Counted from the first letter of the whole stretch, positions 19,579 to 30,995 are shown. The stretch is 63,782 nt of DNA, filler included, from Pseudomonadota bacterium (GCA_043825735.1; 6 parts of 5 records of this genome joined end to end with filler, not necessarily neighbours in it), one strand, 5' to 3'. Notes: generated by a model from the letters alone, not told the origin. Numbers and translations are program-made.

Positions 19579-20025
19579 TTTGCAAAAGGCATTGCCTGGT
19601 TGTTTTGCACAATTCTCAAGTTGACGTAACCCGCTGCACCGCGTGTGCACCACGAAGGTCGCGAAGTGCTCGAACAAAACATAAAAGACAAGTGTGTTAG
19701 AAAATCTTCGTGCCCTTCGTGTACTTCGTGGTGATCAAAAACATCGGGGGCCGCGAGGCACCTGCGCGGTTACTTGAGTTTTATGCATAGCCAGATAAGG
19801 TTTTTCAGATATGGCCGGCCGTCCAGATTTTCAGAGACCGGAAGGCTTGTGCCGGGGCTGAGCGCAGCAGAAGGCGCTACCGGTGAGCGGTTTGACACGC
19901 AGGAAAGGTTGGGGGTAATAGGTTAAGGGTATCTGAAACATGGCGGCCTCTGATGGTGAATCTCTGCCATGCAAATGCTTCGATTGGGGAAATATTAAAA
20001 AAAGATGATGAAAACGATTCTGAAC

Positions 20026-20991
20026 ATGTTTAAAAAACCCACGCTGCAGAGCCTGTCCAAGACCTGCGGCTGAGCGGCCAAGATCAGCCCGGTCGGGCTG
20101 GACGCTATGCTCAAGCGCTTTCCGCAGAATACGGACCCGAATCTGCTGGTGGGCTTCGGTACCGGCGATGACGCCGGCATCTACCGCATCAGCGCGGACA
20201 CCGCGCTCATCCTCACGGCCGACTTCATCACGCCGCCGGTGAACGATCCGTACCTTTTCGGCCAGATCGCTGCGGCCAATGCGATCAGCGACGTCTACGC
20301 CATGGGAGGTCGCCCCATTGCCTGCCTCAATCTGGTGGCCTTCCCGTCAAAGAAGCTGGACGGTGAAGTGCTTCACGGCATCGTTGCCGGCGGTCTTTCC
20401 AAAATCACCGAGGCCGGGGCCGTGCTGGCCGGAGGGCACTCCATCGAAGACGACGAGCCCAAGTACGGGTTGTCGGTGACCGGCGTCGTCCATCCCGACA
20501 AGTACTGGACCAATGCCGGCGTGCGCGCCGGAGACGCCCTGATCCTCACCAAGCCGGTGGGCAGCGGGGTGCTCTTCAACGCCAATCTGAAAAACTGGGT
20601 TTCGCCGACGGCCATGACCGCCTGCATCGAGACCATCACCACCCTCAACCGGGCGGCGGCGGAAACCATGACGGGCTTCGAGATCCACGCGGCCACCGAT
20701 GTCACCGGCTTCGGCATCGCCGGCCACTGCTTTGAGATGGCCAAAGGCTCGGGCGTGACGCTTAGAATGCGCATCAGTGACCTGCCGGTGATGGACGAGG
20801 CGCTGGCGATGTACCGCCGGGGAATGACCACCGGCGTCAACGCCCACATCGTGGACCGGGTCAAACACCACATCCGCTTCGAGGACGCCCTGCCCGCCTG
20901 GCACCGGCAGATCGTCTACGATCCGCAGACCAGTGGCGGATTGCTGGCAGCACTGCCGGCCGACCAGGCGCAGGATCTGGTCGAAGCCCTC
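20026..20991 (+). CDS. selD: Selenide, water dikinase, selenocysteine-containing, 3'-partial
   Basis: SKTCG-TGA(20071-20073)-AAKISP in frame; DDAG, ADFITP, DVTGFG, DPQTSGGLL. Confidence 0.95.
20085..20100 (+). promoter_or_regulatory. Putative SECIS hairpin
   Basis: CAGCCC-GGTC-GGGCTG, 11 nt after the UGA. Confidence 0.7.
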
Positions 20992-21091
20992 NNNNNNNNN
21001 NNNNNNNNNNNNNNNNNNNNNNNNNNNNNNNNNNNTTAATTAATTAANNNNNNNNNNNNNNNNNNNNNNNNNNNNNNNNNNNNNNNNNNNN

Positions 21092-23599
21092 CCCGGGGTG
21101 ATCCGCTCCATGGGGGAGCTGGCCAACGTGACGCAGCGCCTTCCAGCTTGTGACGATGTCAATTTCGTCAAATTTTATCCGTTTTTCCCTTACCAGCTCC
21201 ATCTGATTCCTGAAATCGTCAAAGCTCTTCGGGCCAGAGGAGGAAGGTCGGATTCGCTCTCCGGATCGACCCGCACCTTGCTCGCCATAACCCAGGACGT
21301 TATCCGCGCCGGCCGGCGCAATTATCTTCAGGCGCCGGTTGGGGAGATGGTATCCTTTGATGAAATCTACTTCAATCTTGTGCACGAAGGGGAAATTTCG
21401 GCTGACATTCGCCGCGAGATCTCAAAGATCCCTGAGGTGGTACAAGGGTCCACGGATCTGACTCACAAGTTGGTCGAGGTGTTATTTATGACCGGAGAGT
21501 TGGCATACCTTCCCAAGACAGCGGACAACCTGGCCCGATTTCTGGTATCCGACACATCTCAAGATTTGGCAGGGATCAAACCAGCTATCGATGCGGAACT
21601 GGAAAAACTGAAGAAAGCCAAAATCGTTGCCCGAATCGGCGATGATTGGGAGTTTCTGACCGGAGAGAGACGGACATTTGAAGAGGCTGTCGATACGGTA
21701 GCCCATCAGCTAAAATTTCAGGACCGAGAAGAGGGATTAAGCAAGCTCATCAGCACACATACCCTTGGATTTGATACCATTCCCTTCAAAGGGCACGATT
21801 TTCAAGTGCGGCTATTTTTCGACAACAAGTTGCTGGCAAAGAATGGTCATATTGAGGTTCGGATCATTTCACCATTCGGGCACCATTCCGGCCAGACCAT
21901 AACCGACTATGAAAATGAAAGCCTCAAAACAGAATACCATCAAGCCCTTTATATATTCTGTGGGCGGATCCCGCAATTCACCGACCAACTGGACCGCTAT
22001 ATCGCCATGGAAGAGGTGGTTAAAAAATGGCAAGGGGATCCGGGCAAATCCGGGGTCGAGCATGAATTGGCAAACGCCAAAGCGACTACAGATCTGCCCA
22101 AATTGAAAGATGCGGTGGAAAACTCGATTCGAGAAGGCCTGCGTCAGGGCCACCTGATTTTCCGGGGCAGCAGTCGCCCGATTTCATGTAAAAAGGATCA
22201 AAAACCCGGAGAAGCGGTTCGCCTCGAAATAGGGCACTATTTTGGCTCGTTATACCCCAAGTTCGACAAGATGAGCGTTCGGATCAAATCCGAGCAGAAG
22301 GACATCGTTGATGTTCTGGCCGGCGCTAAAAACCTTTCCCAAGATGTCAAGAGTTTGAAACTGTACGACAATGCCGGCCAATTAGACCAACATATACCTC
22401 TTCTGGATGAGATTCGACTCTACCTTACCAATCGGCAACAGCGGAAGCAGCGAACTCTGGGCCAGGAGATCGTTGAGAATTTTGAAAAACCGCCCTATGG
22501 CTGGGATCCCAATGCGGTGCGAATAGGTATTGCTGCCACTGTCCGGGCTGGTGTCATCAAAATCATGGTCGGAAAGAAAGTTTACACCAATCCGGCCGAC
22601 TCAGAATTAATCGCCACCCTGCGCAACAGCAAAGCGTTTCACAAAGCCGAAGTCATCCTGGAAGAAACCGACGTGGATATCTCGGTTTTGACCGCCGTTC
22701 GCAAGCTACTCATCAAGCTGACCGGCAATCGCAAGATCGATGAAACGCCGTCGGATATCACCTCCGCCGCCGTTAAGCATCTCATGGCGGTGCAAAACAA
22801 AGGCGTCGATGCCCGTATCTGGGCCAAAGCTGCCAACTTCCCACTGCCAGAATCCTTCAACGTCGGCATGGAAACGATGGAAACCCTGTTGGGCCTGACA
22901 AATCCAGTCCATCACATCAAGCAATGGGAGGCCAAGGCATCCACGATCGAAGACGAACTTAAGGCCATCATGGATGTCCATACCTTCTACAGTACATGGG
23001 CTGATACATTTCAGGAAACCAGGTCATTGTATATTTCCCTGCAGGCGATCCAGTCAAAAGTTCCCAAAGGGAACATCATTAACCATTTCATCGCTAATTT
23101 CTCCACCGCCGATCAGGATGCGACGGTGCATCAGGCGGAGACGTGGCAAATTTTACAGGCCAACAAGGCTCATGTGCTTACCGAAGTCGAGTCCCTAAAA
23201 CGCCAATGGCAAGATACCGCCCGGAAATCCTTGACTCCATTGAGAACCCGCCTGAATGCCGAAAAAGCGTCGAGGGTGTTGACGGCGGAAGAACTGGCCT
23301 CTTTGGAGCAGGCGTTGCAGCGCATGGAATCGGAAATCGATGATGAAACTGATCTGATCAAGTGCGCTATGCTTCCAGGCAGGAGTAAAGATTGGGTTAA
23401 TGACCAGCTTCATCATATCGATCAACTCATCAGTGGCAAGGGGCCAGGGGGAGGTGGTGGGAGACCGGTTAAAAGAATCAGGCTTGTGTCTTCTCCCATG
23501 CGGATCAAAAGTCTGGATGAGTGGGATGCCTTGAAAACAAATATAGATAAGCAAATTGCGGCCGCTTTGGATCAGGGTGTCGAAGTGGAGCTGTCCTGA
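21092..23599 (+). CDS. brxC: BREX ATPase BrxC, 5'-partial
   Basis: FVKFYPFFPYQ, STRTLL, WEFLTGEE-like motif, FEKPPYGWD; immediately before pglX. Confidence 0.85.
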   Translation, partial: PGVIRSMGELANVTQRLPACDDVNFVKFYPFFPYQLHLIPEIVKALRARGGRSDSLSGSTRTLLAITQDVIRAGRRNYLQAPVGEMVSFDEIYFNLVHEGEISADIRREISKIPEVVQGSTDLTHKLVEVLFMTGELAYLPKTADNLARFLVSDTSQDLAGIKPAIDAELEKLKKAKIVARIGDDWEFLTGERRTFEEAVDTVAHQLKFQDREEGLSKLISTHTLGFDTIPFKGHDFQVRLFFDNKLLAKNGHIEVRIISPFGHHSGQTITDYENESLKTEYHQALYIFCGRIPQFTDQLDRYIAMEEVVKKWQGDPGKSGVEHELANAKATTDLPKLKDAVENSIREGLRQGHLIFRGSSRPISCKKDQKPGEAVRLEIGHYFGSLYPKFDKMSVRIKSEQKDIVDVLAGAKNLSQDVKSLKLYDNAGQLDQHIPLLDEIRLYLTNRQQRKQRTLGQEIVENFEKPPYGWDPNAVRIGIAATVRAGVIKIMVGKKVYTNPADSELIATLRNSKAFHKAEVILEETDVDISVLTAVRKLLIKLTGNRKIDETPSDITSAAVKHLMAVQNKGVDARIWAKAANFPLPESFNVGMETMETLLGLTNPVHHIKQWEAKASTIEDELKAIMDVHTFYSTWADTFQETRSLYISLQAIQSKVPKGNIINHFIANFSTADQDATVHQAETWQILQANKAHVLTEVESLKRQWQDTARKSLTPLRTRLNAEKASRVLTAEELASLEQALQRMESEIDDETDLIKCAMLPGRSKDWVNDQLHHIDQLISGKGPGGGGGRPVKRIRLVSSPMRIKSLDEWDALKTNIDKQIAAALDQGVEVELS

Positions 23600-23601
23600 A
23601 A

Positions 23602-26600
23602 ATGGAATCTCAAGCCAAGTCGCAACTCAAAGGCATCGTTCTTAAGCTCAGGCATATCCTGGAAGGTCACTACGACACTCAGGGCGGCTGGCACCCTGGG
23701 GACATAGAGGAGCGACTGGCCTTCTTGGGTTTTCGACGTGATCGCTCACCCCTGCCGCTGGAAAGCCTTTCTCATTTAGATGAAGCCGACCTGCAGGCCC
23801 GGCGGGTGGCGGATGCCTATGTCCAAGATCAGGTTGGATGGCCCGATGAAAAGGCCGTCGCCCATTTTGTTCAAGAGACGGCCTATACCTGGGCCAACAG
23901 GCTCATTGCCTTGCGCTGCATGGAAGCGCGCGGCCTGATCGACGAAATCATCCTGCAGAAAGAGAGTTACGGTGGCCGGTCGCTGAAGCATCACCGCCTG
24001 GCGCGGCAAAACCCTGCGGCCTGTGCCGGAGAGGATGACGGGCTCTATATCGTTTTGGCAGAAGAATTCGCTCGGAGGGCCGATGACCGCCTGCGCCAGT
24101 TGTTTGACCCGCATGACCCACTCGTCGCTTTGAGACCCGGTGTAGCCGCCCTCAAGCAGTGCATCGGGTTGCTGTCCGCTCCGGACGAGGTTTTTAACGC
24201 GGACGACGCCCTTGGCTGGGCCTATCAGTACTGGAATACGGAAGAAAAGAACCGGGTTTTCGACCGAGTGCGCACCGTGAAGGGCGCCAAGATCGCCAAT
24301 AGCGACATCATCGCTGCCACCCAGCTTTATACCGAACCTTACATGGTCAAATACCTGGTCCAAAATTCCTTGGGGGCCTTATGGATGGCCATGCACCCGG
24401 ATTCCCGCCTTTGCCGATCATGGGAATACTATGTGCATGACGCCGACCGGGCGCCGGCACCGGTCAAATCCCTTGTTGAGATCACGTTCCTCGATCCTTG
24501 TGTCGGGTCGGGCCATTTCCTACTGGAAGCCTTCGACCTGCTCTATGCAATGTACCTCGAAGCAGGACAAACTGATCCGGACAATATTTGCGATGCCATT
24601 TTGACCCATAACCTTTTCGGCATCGACATCGATGAGCGGGCCATCCAGATCGCCGGCCTGGCCCTCTACATGAAGGCCAGGGAAAAGGCACCGGAGTTCA
24701 GGCCCACTCGCATCAACCTGGTGGCCACCAATGTTCATGCCGCCTCCAATAAAGATCATCTGGCGGCTTTTCTTAAAAAGCACCCCGATGCTGAACCCCT
24801 CAAAGCCGCCCTGGGGCATATTTTTGACAGTCTGGTCAATGCCGGAGAGCTGGGTTCCTTGCTCCAGATCGAAGAACCGGTGGAAAAAGAATTCCAGGCC
24901 TTGAAAAATTGGCATGATACACGCCGGTCATTGGCGCCACAACAGATTGACCTGTTTTTGCAAAAAGCAAAACCTGGACAAAAGTCCCTTCCCCTCGGCG
25001 GCCAATCCTACGATCAATGGAAGGACGGCATACTGGAGCGGTTGAGCGACCACTTTCGGATGGAATCGGCCGCACCGGATTTTACCTCCCGTTTTTTTGG
25101 CGAAACTGCGGAAAAAGGTCTGACCCTGTTCGATTTTCTTTCTCGCCGCTACGATGTTGTGGCTACCAACCCGCCCTACATGGGTTCCAAGAACATGGGG
25201 CCGGTGGTTAAACATTATGTGGAAAGTCGCTTCGTTTCGGGAAAGCGGGACCTTTACGCTGCCTTCATCCTGCGCTGCCTGGAACTGGCCAAGCCGGAAA
25301 CGGGCCGCGTGGCCATGGTGACCCAGCAATCCTGGATGTTTTTACGGTCCTTTGTCGATTTGCGTGCCTTGGATGCGAGCAAACTTGCCACAGCAAAGGG
25401 ATTCACAGGGATATTGCGGGAGACGTCCATTGAGGCAATGGCTCATCTGGGGCCTGGCGCCTTTGAGGAGATTTCAGGCGAGGTGGTCAACACGGTCCTT
25501 TTCTGCGTCCTCAAAAAGAACCCGTCCGATGATCATCGCCTGACCGCCTATCGTTTAGTCGGTTATAAATCTCCTGATGAAAAAGATTGCGCTCTTAAGG
25601 TTACCAACCCCAAAACTGCATTCACAATCCCTCAAACTGAATTGCTCAATATTGAAGAATTCCCCTTTATATACTGGGTGCCCGAACAATTAATTGACCT
25701 TATTAGGGTTCATGGAAAAAGAACCGATGATGACTACATGTTTGTTACCCAAGGATTAACAACAGGAAATGTCCCGCGTTTTGTCAGGTTCGTATGGGAA
25801 TGCTCCTTAGGCGAAGGTCATTGGTGGTGGTATACAGCTGGTGGTGGCTATAAAAAATGGACTGGCAATGAATATTTGTTTGTTGATTGGCAATATAGAG
25901 GGGCGAGGCTTCGCAGTTATGTTTCCGATAACTATCCTCCATCTAAGTTCACATTATTAATTAAGCAACCAGACACCTATGGCCAAAAAGCTGTTTATTA
26001 TGGTGCAGTTGCAAGAGGTGCGCTGGGAGTAAGATTGTGTGAAGGCGCGATATTTGGAGACTCTGCTCCAGGAATAATTCATAATAAATTAAGCGTATTG
26101 GCGCTCTCTGGAATCTTGAATACGAGATTATACAGTTTCTTAATAAGGGCGCTATCGGCCACAATTTTGACTATACGTGATCCTTATGTTGTTCGCCTGC
26201 CAATATATAACAATCCGCTTCCAGATCCAGCCTTAAAAGCTATTGAATCAATGGCAGCTTTGTGTGTTTTTATCACCAATTTGTTCGACGAAAACCAAAT
26301 AACCGAAAGGAAATATTTCAACAATTACCTATCATCCCAGAAGTCGAATTATCTCTATGAGAGCAACGCATTGCTTCATTTAGTTGAGAGCTGCATTGAA
26401 ATGCAGATAGTTACTAATTACGCTTTAGATACAGATGCGATTGCTTTAATCACCGATGAAACTGGTCTTCCTTCCGGTTGGTTTCCGCTGATTCAAGGCT
26501 ATGATGCACTGCCACCTTTGCCGGAGGGATTGCCGGAGATCCCCCAAGAGGTTATCGAATTCCTTGGCCGGCATGAAAGGCGCACCCTCGATCCGGAAGC

Positions 26601-28338
26601 ACTGATTTTGGTGCAAAACCGCTTGCGCACGCTATTCGAGTCCGGACCCGGCGCCAAAGAGGAGGCAGAGGATACAGACGCCGACACCCAAAGTGATGAC
26701 GACGAAAACGAACAAGTCGCCGTCGGCGCCCGCATCCCCATTCCGGCCGAGACCTTTCTCGAAGAGCTTTCTCAAAAATTGGAAGTCCACCCAATTTCCG
26801 TCTACTGGTTTCTGAAAACGGGCATCGAAAAAGAAGGCTGGCGCTGCCGGTCTGAAGAGCAGCGCCTGACGCGGGACGGTTTTACAGTGACCATCCTTAG
26901 TCTGCTGGGCCACCGCTGGCCGCGACAGGTCGAGGCAGACGAACCGGTCCCGGGCTGGGCTGCTGGCAACGGGGTTATCCCATTGAGCGAGGGAACCGAA
27001 GAGATCCCTCTTTACCAGCGCTTGAGGGACCGTCTGGCCACTGAATTCGGGGACGAACAGGTTTCAGCTCAGGAAAACGCCTTTGCGGAGATAATGGGGA
27101 AACCTCTTCAGAAATGGATCCTAAAGGACTTTTTCCGCCACCATATTTCCCGGTTCAAAAAGCGGCCCATCGCCTGGCATCTTTCCAGCAACGGCGGTTC
27201 GCGCCAGGCCTCAGCCTTCGAAGGCCTGGTCTATTACCACCGGACCGACGGTGACATGCTTCCCAAGATCCGCAGCCAGTTTATCGGCCCCTTGATCAAG
27301 CGCCTGGAGCGGGAACTGCACAGCCTGGAAACCGTTGGAACCTTGAACGCTGACCAGGAGAGTCGAAAAACGACCCTTAAAAATCAGATCCCGGAACTCA
27401 AGACATTTGACCGCAAACTCGCCAAGGTCGTTTCAAGCGGTTTCGGGCCTGATAGGATGTTGTCATTACTGCGCCAATGCGCCATCAACGATGCCGTGTT
27501 GTGTCTAAAGGCACGCTGGTTGAGAAGGCTTCAGGGGGTCATCCATACAGAATCGCTTTCCGATTGGCAGAAGCAGGCTGAAGCAACCCGGCTTCATGTG
27601 GACTTTCCTGTCTGGATCGCCGAGGCGTTTGGCCGCCTGGACCAGTTTTGCGCCACTGCCGGCCCCAGGCCACCCCAAGAATCCGGATTTGACGAGGACC
27701 CGACGGCTAAAGAATTGGCCAACTGGATCTGCTCCCACGCCGCCGCCATATTTAAAGATGCCCTGATGCTGGCTTGCAACGCCTGGTGGAAGCCCTTTAA
27801 TGCCGAGGTTCTGGCACCGATTGCGCAGAGCATTAAGGATGCGAAAAGCCAACTTCAAGCGCTAAACGACCAAGCAGCGGGGGCTAATCCCGATTTCACC
27901 GAGCAATCGAATATCCAGAGAAAAACCAAGGAATTGAAAGACACCATCAAACAATGGCGAAAAGTGTTAACCGACAAGACCTTGCTGGGGCAGGCGCTGC
28001 GGTCGGTTATCGAAACGTGGACCTGCACTGAAGCCCTTGAATGGGAACCCTGGCTGGCCGAACAGCTTATGTTCGATCAACTGTCCAGCCTCGGTGCCCA
28101 TCGTCCTTCACCGCAAACCATCCAGGATTTTGTCCGGCAAGAGAGCCTGTATCAGCCGGACATCAACGACGGGGTGAGGGTGAACATCGCTCCCCTGCAA
28201 AGCGCCGGTTTGTTGACGGCCAATGTGTTGGCAGGTAAGGATGTAGCCAAGGCCATCACCGACCGGGCCACCTGGCGCGACGATGAACGTCGCTGGTGCC
28301 GGGAGGGCAAGCTGCCCAGACCGGGATGGTGGGCGTGA
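23602..28338 (+). CDS. pglX: BREX adenine methyltransferase PglX/BrxX, 1578 aa
   Basis: AYTWANRLIALRCME, TQLYTEPYMVKYLVQNSLG, LDPCVGSGHFL, TNPPY, KKRPIAW, PDINDGVRVNIAPL. Confidence 0.92.
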   Translation: MESQAKSQLKGIVLKLRHILEGHYDTQGGWHPGDIEERLAFLGFRRDRSPLPLESLSHLDEADLQARRVADAYVQDQVGWPDEKAVAHFVQETAYTWANRLIALRCMEARGLIDEIILQKESYGGRSLKHHRLARQNPAACAGEDDGLYIVLAEEFARRADDRLRQLFDPHDPLVALRPGVAALKQCIGLLSAPDEVFNADDALGWAYQYWNTEEKNRVFDRVRTVKGAKIANSDIIAATQLYTEPYMVKYLVQNSLGALWMAMHPDSRLCRSWEYYVHDADRAPAPVKSLVEITFLDPCVGSGHFLLEAFDLLYAMYLEAGQTDPDNICDAILTHNLFGIDIDERAIQIAGLALYMKAREKAPEFRPTRINLVATNVHAASNKDHLAAFLKKHPDAEPLKAALGHIFDSLVNAGELGSLLQIEEPVEKEFQALKNWHDTRRSLAPQQIDLFLQKAKPGQKSLPLGGQSYDQWKDGILERLSDHFRMESAAPDFTSRFFGETAEKGLTLFDFLSRRYDVVATNPPYMGSKNMGPVVKHYVESRFVSGKRDLYAAFILRCLELAKPETGRVAMVTQQSWMFLRSFVDLRALDASKLATAKGFTGILRETSIEAMAHLGPGAFEEISGEVVNTVLFCVLKKNPSDDHRLTAYRLVGYKSPDEKDCALKVTNPKTAFTIPQTELLNIEEFPFIYWVPEQLIDLIRVHGKRTDDDYMFVTQGLTTGNVPRFVRFVWECSLGEGHWWWYTAGGGYKKWTGNEYLFVDWQYRGARLRSYVSDNYPPSKFTLLIKQPDTYGQKAVYYGAVARGALGVRLCEGAIFGDSAPGIIHNKLSVLALSGILNTRLYSFLIRALSATILTIRDPYVVRLPIYNNPLPDPALKAIESMAALCVFITNLFDENQITERKYFNNYLSSQKSNYLYESNALLHLVESCIEMQIVTNYALDTDAIALITDETGLPSGWFPLIQGYDALPPLPEGLPEIPQEVIEFLGRHERRTLDPEALILVQNRLRTLFESGPGAKEEAEDTDADTQSDDDENEQVAVGARIPIPAETFLEELSQKLEVHPISVYWFLKTGIEKEGWRCRSEEQRLTRDGFTVTILSLLGHRWPRQVEADEPVPGWAAGNGVIPLSEGTEEIPLYQRLRDRLATEFGDEQVSAQENAFAEIMGKPLQKWILKDFFRHHISRFKKRPIAWHLSSNGGSRQASAFEGLVYYHRTDGDMLPKIRSQFIGPLIKRLERELHSLETVGTLNADQESRKTTLKNQIPELKTFDRKLAKVVSSGFGPDRMLSLLRQCAINDAVLCLKARWLRRLQGVIHTESLSDWQKQAEATRLHVDFPVWIAEAFGRLDQFCATAGPRPPQESGFDEDPTAKELANWICSHAAAIFKDALMLACNAWWKPFNAEVLAPIAQSIKDAKSQLQALNDQAAGANPDFTEQSNIQRKTKELKDTIKQWRKVLTDKTLLGQALRSVIETWTCTEALEWEPWLAEQLMFDQLSSLGAHRPSPQTIQDFVRQESLYQPDINDGVRVNIAPLQSAGLLTANVLAGKDVAKAITDRATWRDDERRWCREGKLPRPGWWA

Positions 28339-28527
28339 GGCATCGTAGAACGTTTTGAATATAACAAGGAAGGTAGCAAAGTCGGCGAGAAGCAGATTCA
28401 TAATGCCAACATTGTTGCCGTGATGCAGGTGTATGGAGTGAAGCGAGTGGCGACGCACAATCTGGATGATTTCAAAACATATGCACAGTGGATTGACCTT
28501 TTGGGTCTGGACGGTAAGCCGTGGTGA
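28339..28527 (+). pseudogene. C-terminal half of a PIN/VapC nuclease
   Basis: Translates KQIHNANIVAVMQVYGVKRVATHNLDDFKTY; no start codon upstream of the motif. Confidence 0.7.
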
Positions 28528-30995
28528 AGGATCGGTCACTAAAAAGCTGGTTGGTGGATCAAATCCGGAATGTTTTATCAAAACCGGTCATACAGGCACC
28601 CTTTATCATCTGGTGTGACCCCCAACGGCAGTGGCGTGAGCTTCTCCACAAGGCTTGCGGTGATGAGATCGAACTGTGGACCGATGAGTGCCACGAGCTA
28701 CTGCTGCGGCATCGTTTTGTCAAAGAAGAACGTCGGCCGCGTGTGATCTGGGTTCCTATATGCCGAGCCGATCTTAGCTATCTGCGGGCCTTTGAGGGTG
28801 AAGCGCGATTTTGGGAAATAAACTTACTGGAAGCCTTGCGTGAATACGGAGTCGAAATTTCACGAAGCCAGGAAGACGAATTCAGGGAAGATCTCCTGGC
28901 CTATGCTTTAGCCAAGATCGATGAGCCCTTAAGCAAATGGAAGACGATTACCCCGGATGAACTGATTTCCACTGGGTTGATTCTCACCGTCCTTGCCGAC
29001 TTGGAAAAGCCCATCGAGGAAAAAATCGGCGATGAGAAGCGCCATTTATTCAACCGACGCATCACCGCCGATTTTGGTTTTCCAGAACCTGAAACGGCGG
29101 AGCCTGACAAATGGCGGGCACGCGTAGTGGCTTGTTTGCTGGCCACCGATGCCACCGAAAAACTCGGGATAGAGGCCTTTGTTGACGGGATAATTCCACC
29201 GGGCAACTGCCGAAAACGAGCGCTGGCGCTTCTGGACCAATGGCAACGCGATCTTCAGCTATTGCCGAATCTCGAGATACTGTCCATCAAAGCCGATGCT
29301 TTGTTGAACTTTCAACCGCTGATGGCGAAAGGACCGTTTCCACTGTCCGAGCCGCTGGCGTCATTCAAGGCGGAGACCGTCCTTTTCCAGGAAGAACTCA
29401 GCCAGATCAAAGCATTTGATAAATCTCAGGAACTGGCCATCTACCTGGCCCGCAAAACAGAATCCTATCGGCGCCATGCCCAAGGATTCTGGGGGCAAAG
29501 AACAAATCGCAAAGTGCCCTGGGAGTCCCTGGCAGCAGTGGGACAAGCTGCCGACGTGTTCAGGAAAAACGACGGCGCCGAAAGAGCTTGGCACAACCTG
29601 AAAGAGGCCATCTCCTGGTATGTCGAACAAGGCTGGGAGGTGGATACCCACGGCGAAGCGTTAATGCAGGAATGGCCGGCTCCGGAGGAAGCACTTTTTG
29701 CGATTCAGAAGATACTGCGCCAAACTTTTGTCCAAATCCTTGACCGGACCAACACGCTGTTTGCCGAACTGGCTTCCAAAGATCGGTTCTGGATGCAACA
29801 AGCCGGCCTGCCTTATGCCGGGGAGGCATTGAAGGAACGGCTCGATGATAACAACGAACCCGCCGCGGTGATCGTTGTCGATGCCTTTCGCTTCGAGTTG
29901 GCCATGTGCTTGGCTCAACGGCTGAATGGGGAACATGCCTCCCCGGTCGCCGCGGTGACCGCTTGCATGGCACCGATTCCGACGACAACCGAATTGGGCA
30001 TGGCCTATGTTTTGCCTGGTGTTGCCAGTTCTCTTAAGATCGATGTCGATGCGGAAAAGGGCTGGCAGGTTCATACCGACGGTTTCGAGCAGAACCTGGC
30101 AATCGCAGAAGCACGGCGTAAATGGCTGGTTTCTGTGTATGGGATCAAGTCATCCCACATTCTTTCGATTGCTGCCGTTCTTAAAAGCGGCGTCAATATT
30201 CCCAAGGCAAAGACGGTCTTTTTGTTCGGCGATGAGTTCGACACCCAAGGGCATGAAGGTGAATTGGCCCTGTCCGGCCCGGAGAGTTATCTTGACCGCT
30301 ATGCCCACGTGATCCGTAAACTCCGGGATGCCGGCTATGGTCGCATCTTTCTGACCACCGATCACGGATACTTTCATCATGTGCCGGAGATCGATGAGGT
30401 AGCCGAAAAACCTGGCGGCCAACTCCTCTGGGTAACCCGACGTGCCGTTGTGGGAAAGCATCTGATCCACAAGACAGCTCTGCTGACCCAAGTGGCAGGC
30501 AGTGATCTCGAATGTCTTACCCCACGAAGCGTCGGCGCATTCAAAACCTATGGCGGCATGGGCTTTTTTCACCGCGGAGCAACCTTTCAGGAGTGGATTA
30601 TTCCCCTGGTGTGTATCCAGTGGGCGAAAAAGTCGCAAAAAACTGGAATCGTTATCAAGCCGATTGACGCCATCAGCACCCAGGAACCCATCGTGGAACT
30701 GGAGCCAGAAACAAGGTCAAAGAAGGATCTTTTCGGTGAGATTGCAGATGGTTATCTTGGTCGACAGATTTGTATCAAGGTAAGAGATGAAGCATCTGGA
30801 AAGGTACTTTTCAAATCGAATTCTATTGCGGTGAGTCCAAAGGACGAGGTTCGGCAGGTGAGACTTGAAAAGGTACCTGGCGCCGAGGGTCGTTATGGCC
30901 AAAAACTAAACCTTGTCGTGATCGATGCGGACAGCGAAGAGATCCTGTCAATCGCCGCTGTGACCTTGAAACTGGATATAGACGAATGGCTATGA
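28521..30995 (+). CDS. pglZ: BREX PglZ/BrxZ phosphodiesterase
   Basis: IIWCDP, VIVVDAFRFE, PTTTELGMA, LTTDHGY, FFHRGATFQE. Confidence 0.92.
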   Translation: MVKDRSLKSWLVDQIRNVLSKPVIQAPFIIWCDPQRQWRELLHKACGDEIELWTDECHELLLRHRFVKEERRPRVIWVPICRADLSYLRAFEGEARFWEINLLEALREYGVEISRSQEDEFREDLLAYALAKIDEPLSKWKTITPDELISTGLILTVLADLEKPIEEKIGDEKRHLFNRRITADFGFPEPETAEPDKWRARVVACLLATDATEKLGIEAFVDGIIPPGNCRKRALALLDQWQRDLQLLPNLEILSIKADALLNFQPLMAKGPFPLSEPLASFKAETVLFQEELSQIKAFDKSQELAIYLARKTESYRRHAQGFWGQRTNRKVPWESLAAVGQAADVFRKNDGAERAWHNLKEAISWYVEQGWEVDTHGEALMQEWPAPEEALFAIQKILRQTFVQILDRTNTLFAELASKDRFWMQQAGLPYAGEALKERLDDNNEPAAVIVVDAFRFELAMCLAQRLNGEHASPVAAVTACMAPIPTTTELGMAYVLPGVASSLKIDVDAEKGWQVHTDGFEQNLAIAEARRKWLVSVYGIKSSHILSIAAVLKSGVNIPKAKTVFLFGDEFDTQGHEGELALSGPESYLDRYAHVIRKLRDAGYGRIFLTTDHGYFHHVPEIDEVAEKPGGQLLWVTRRAVVGKHLIHKTALLTQVAGSDLECLTPRSVGAFKTYGGMGFFHRGATFQEWIIPLVCIQWAKKSQKTGIVIKPIDAISTQEPIVELEPETRSKKDLFGEIADGYLGRQICIKVRDEASGKVLFKSNSIAVSPKDEVRQVRLEKVPGAEGRYGQKLNLVVIDADSEEILSIAAVTLKLDIDEWL

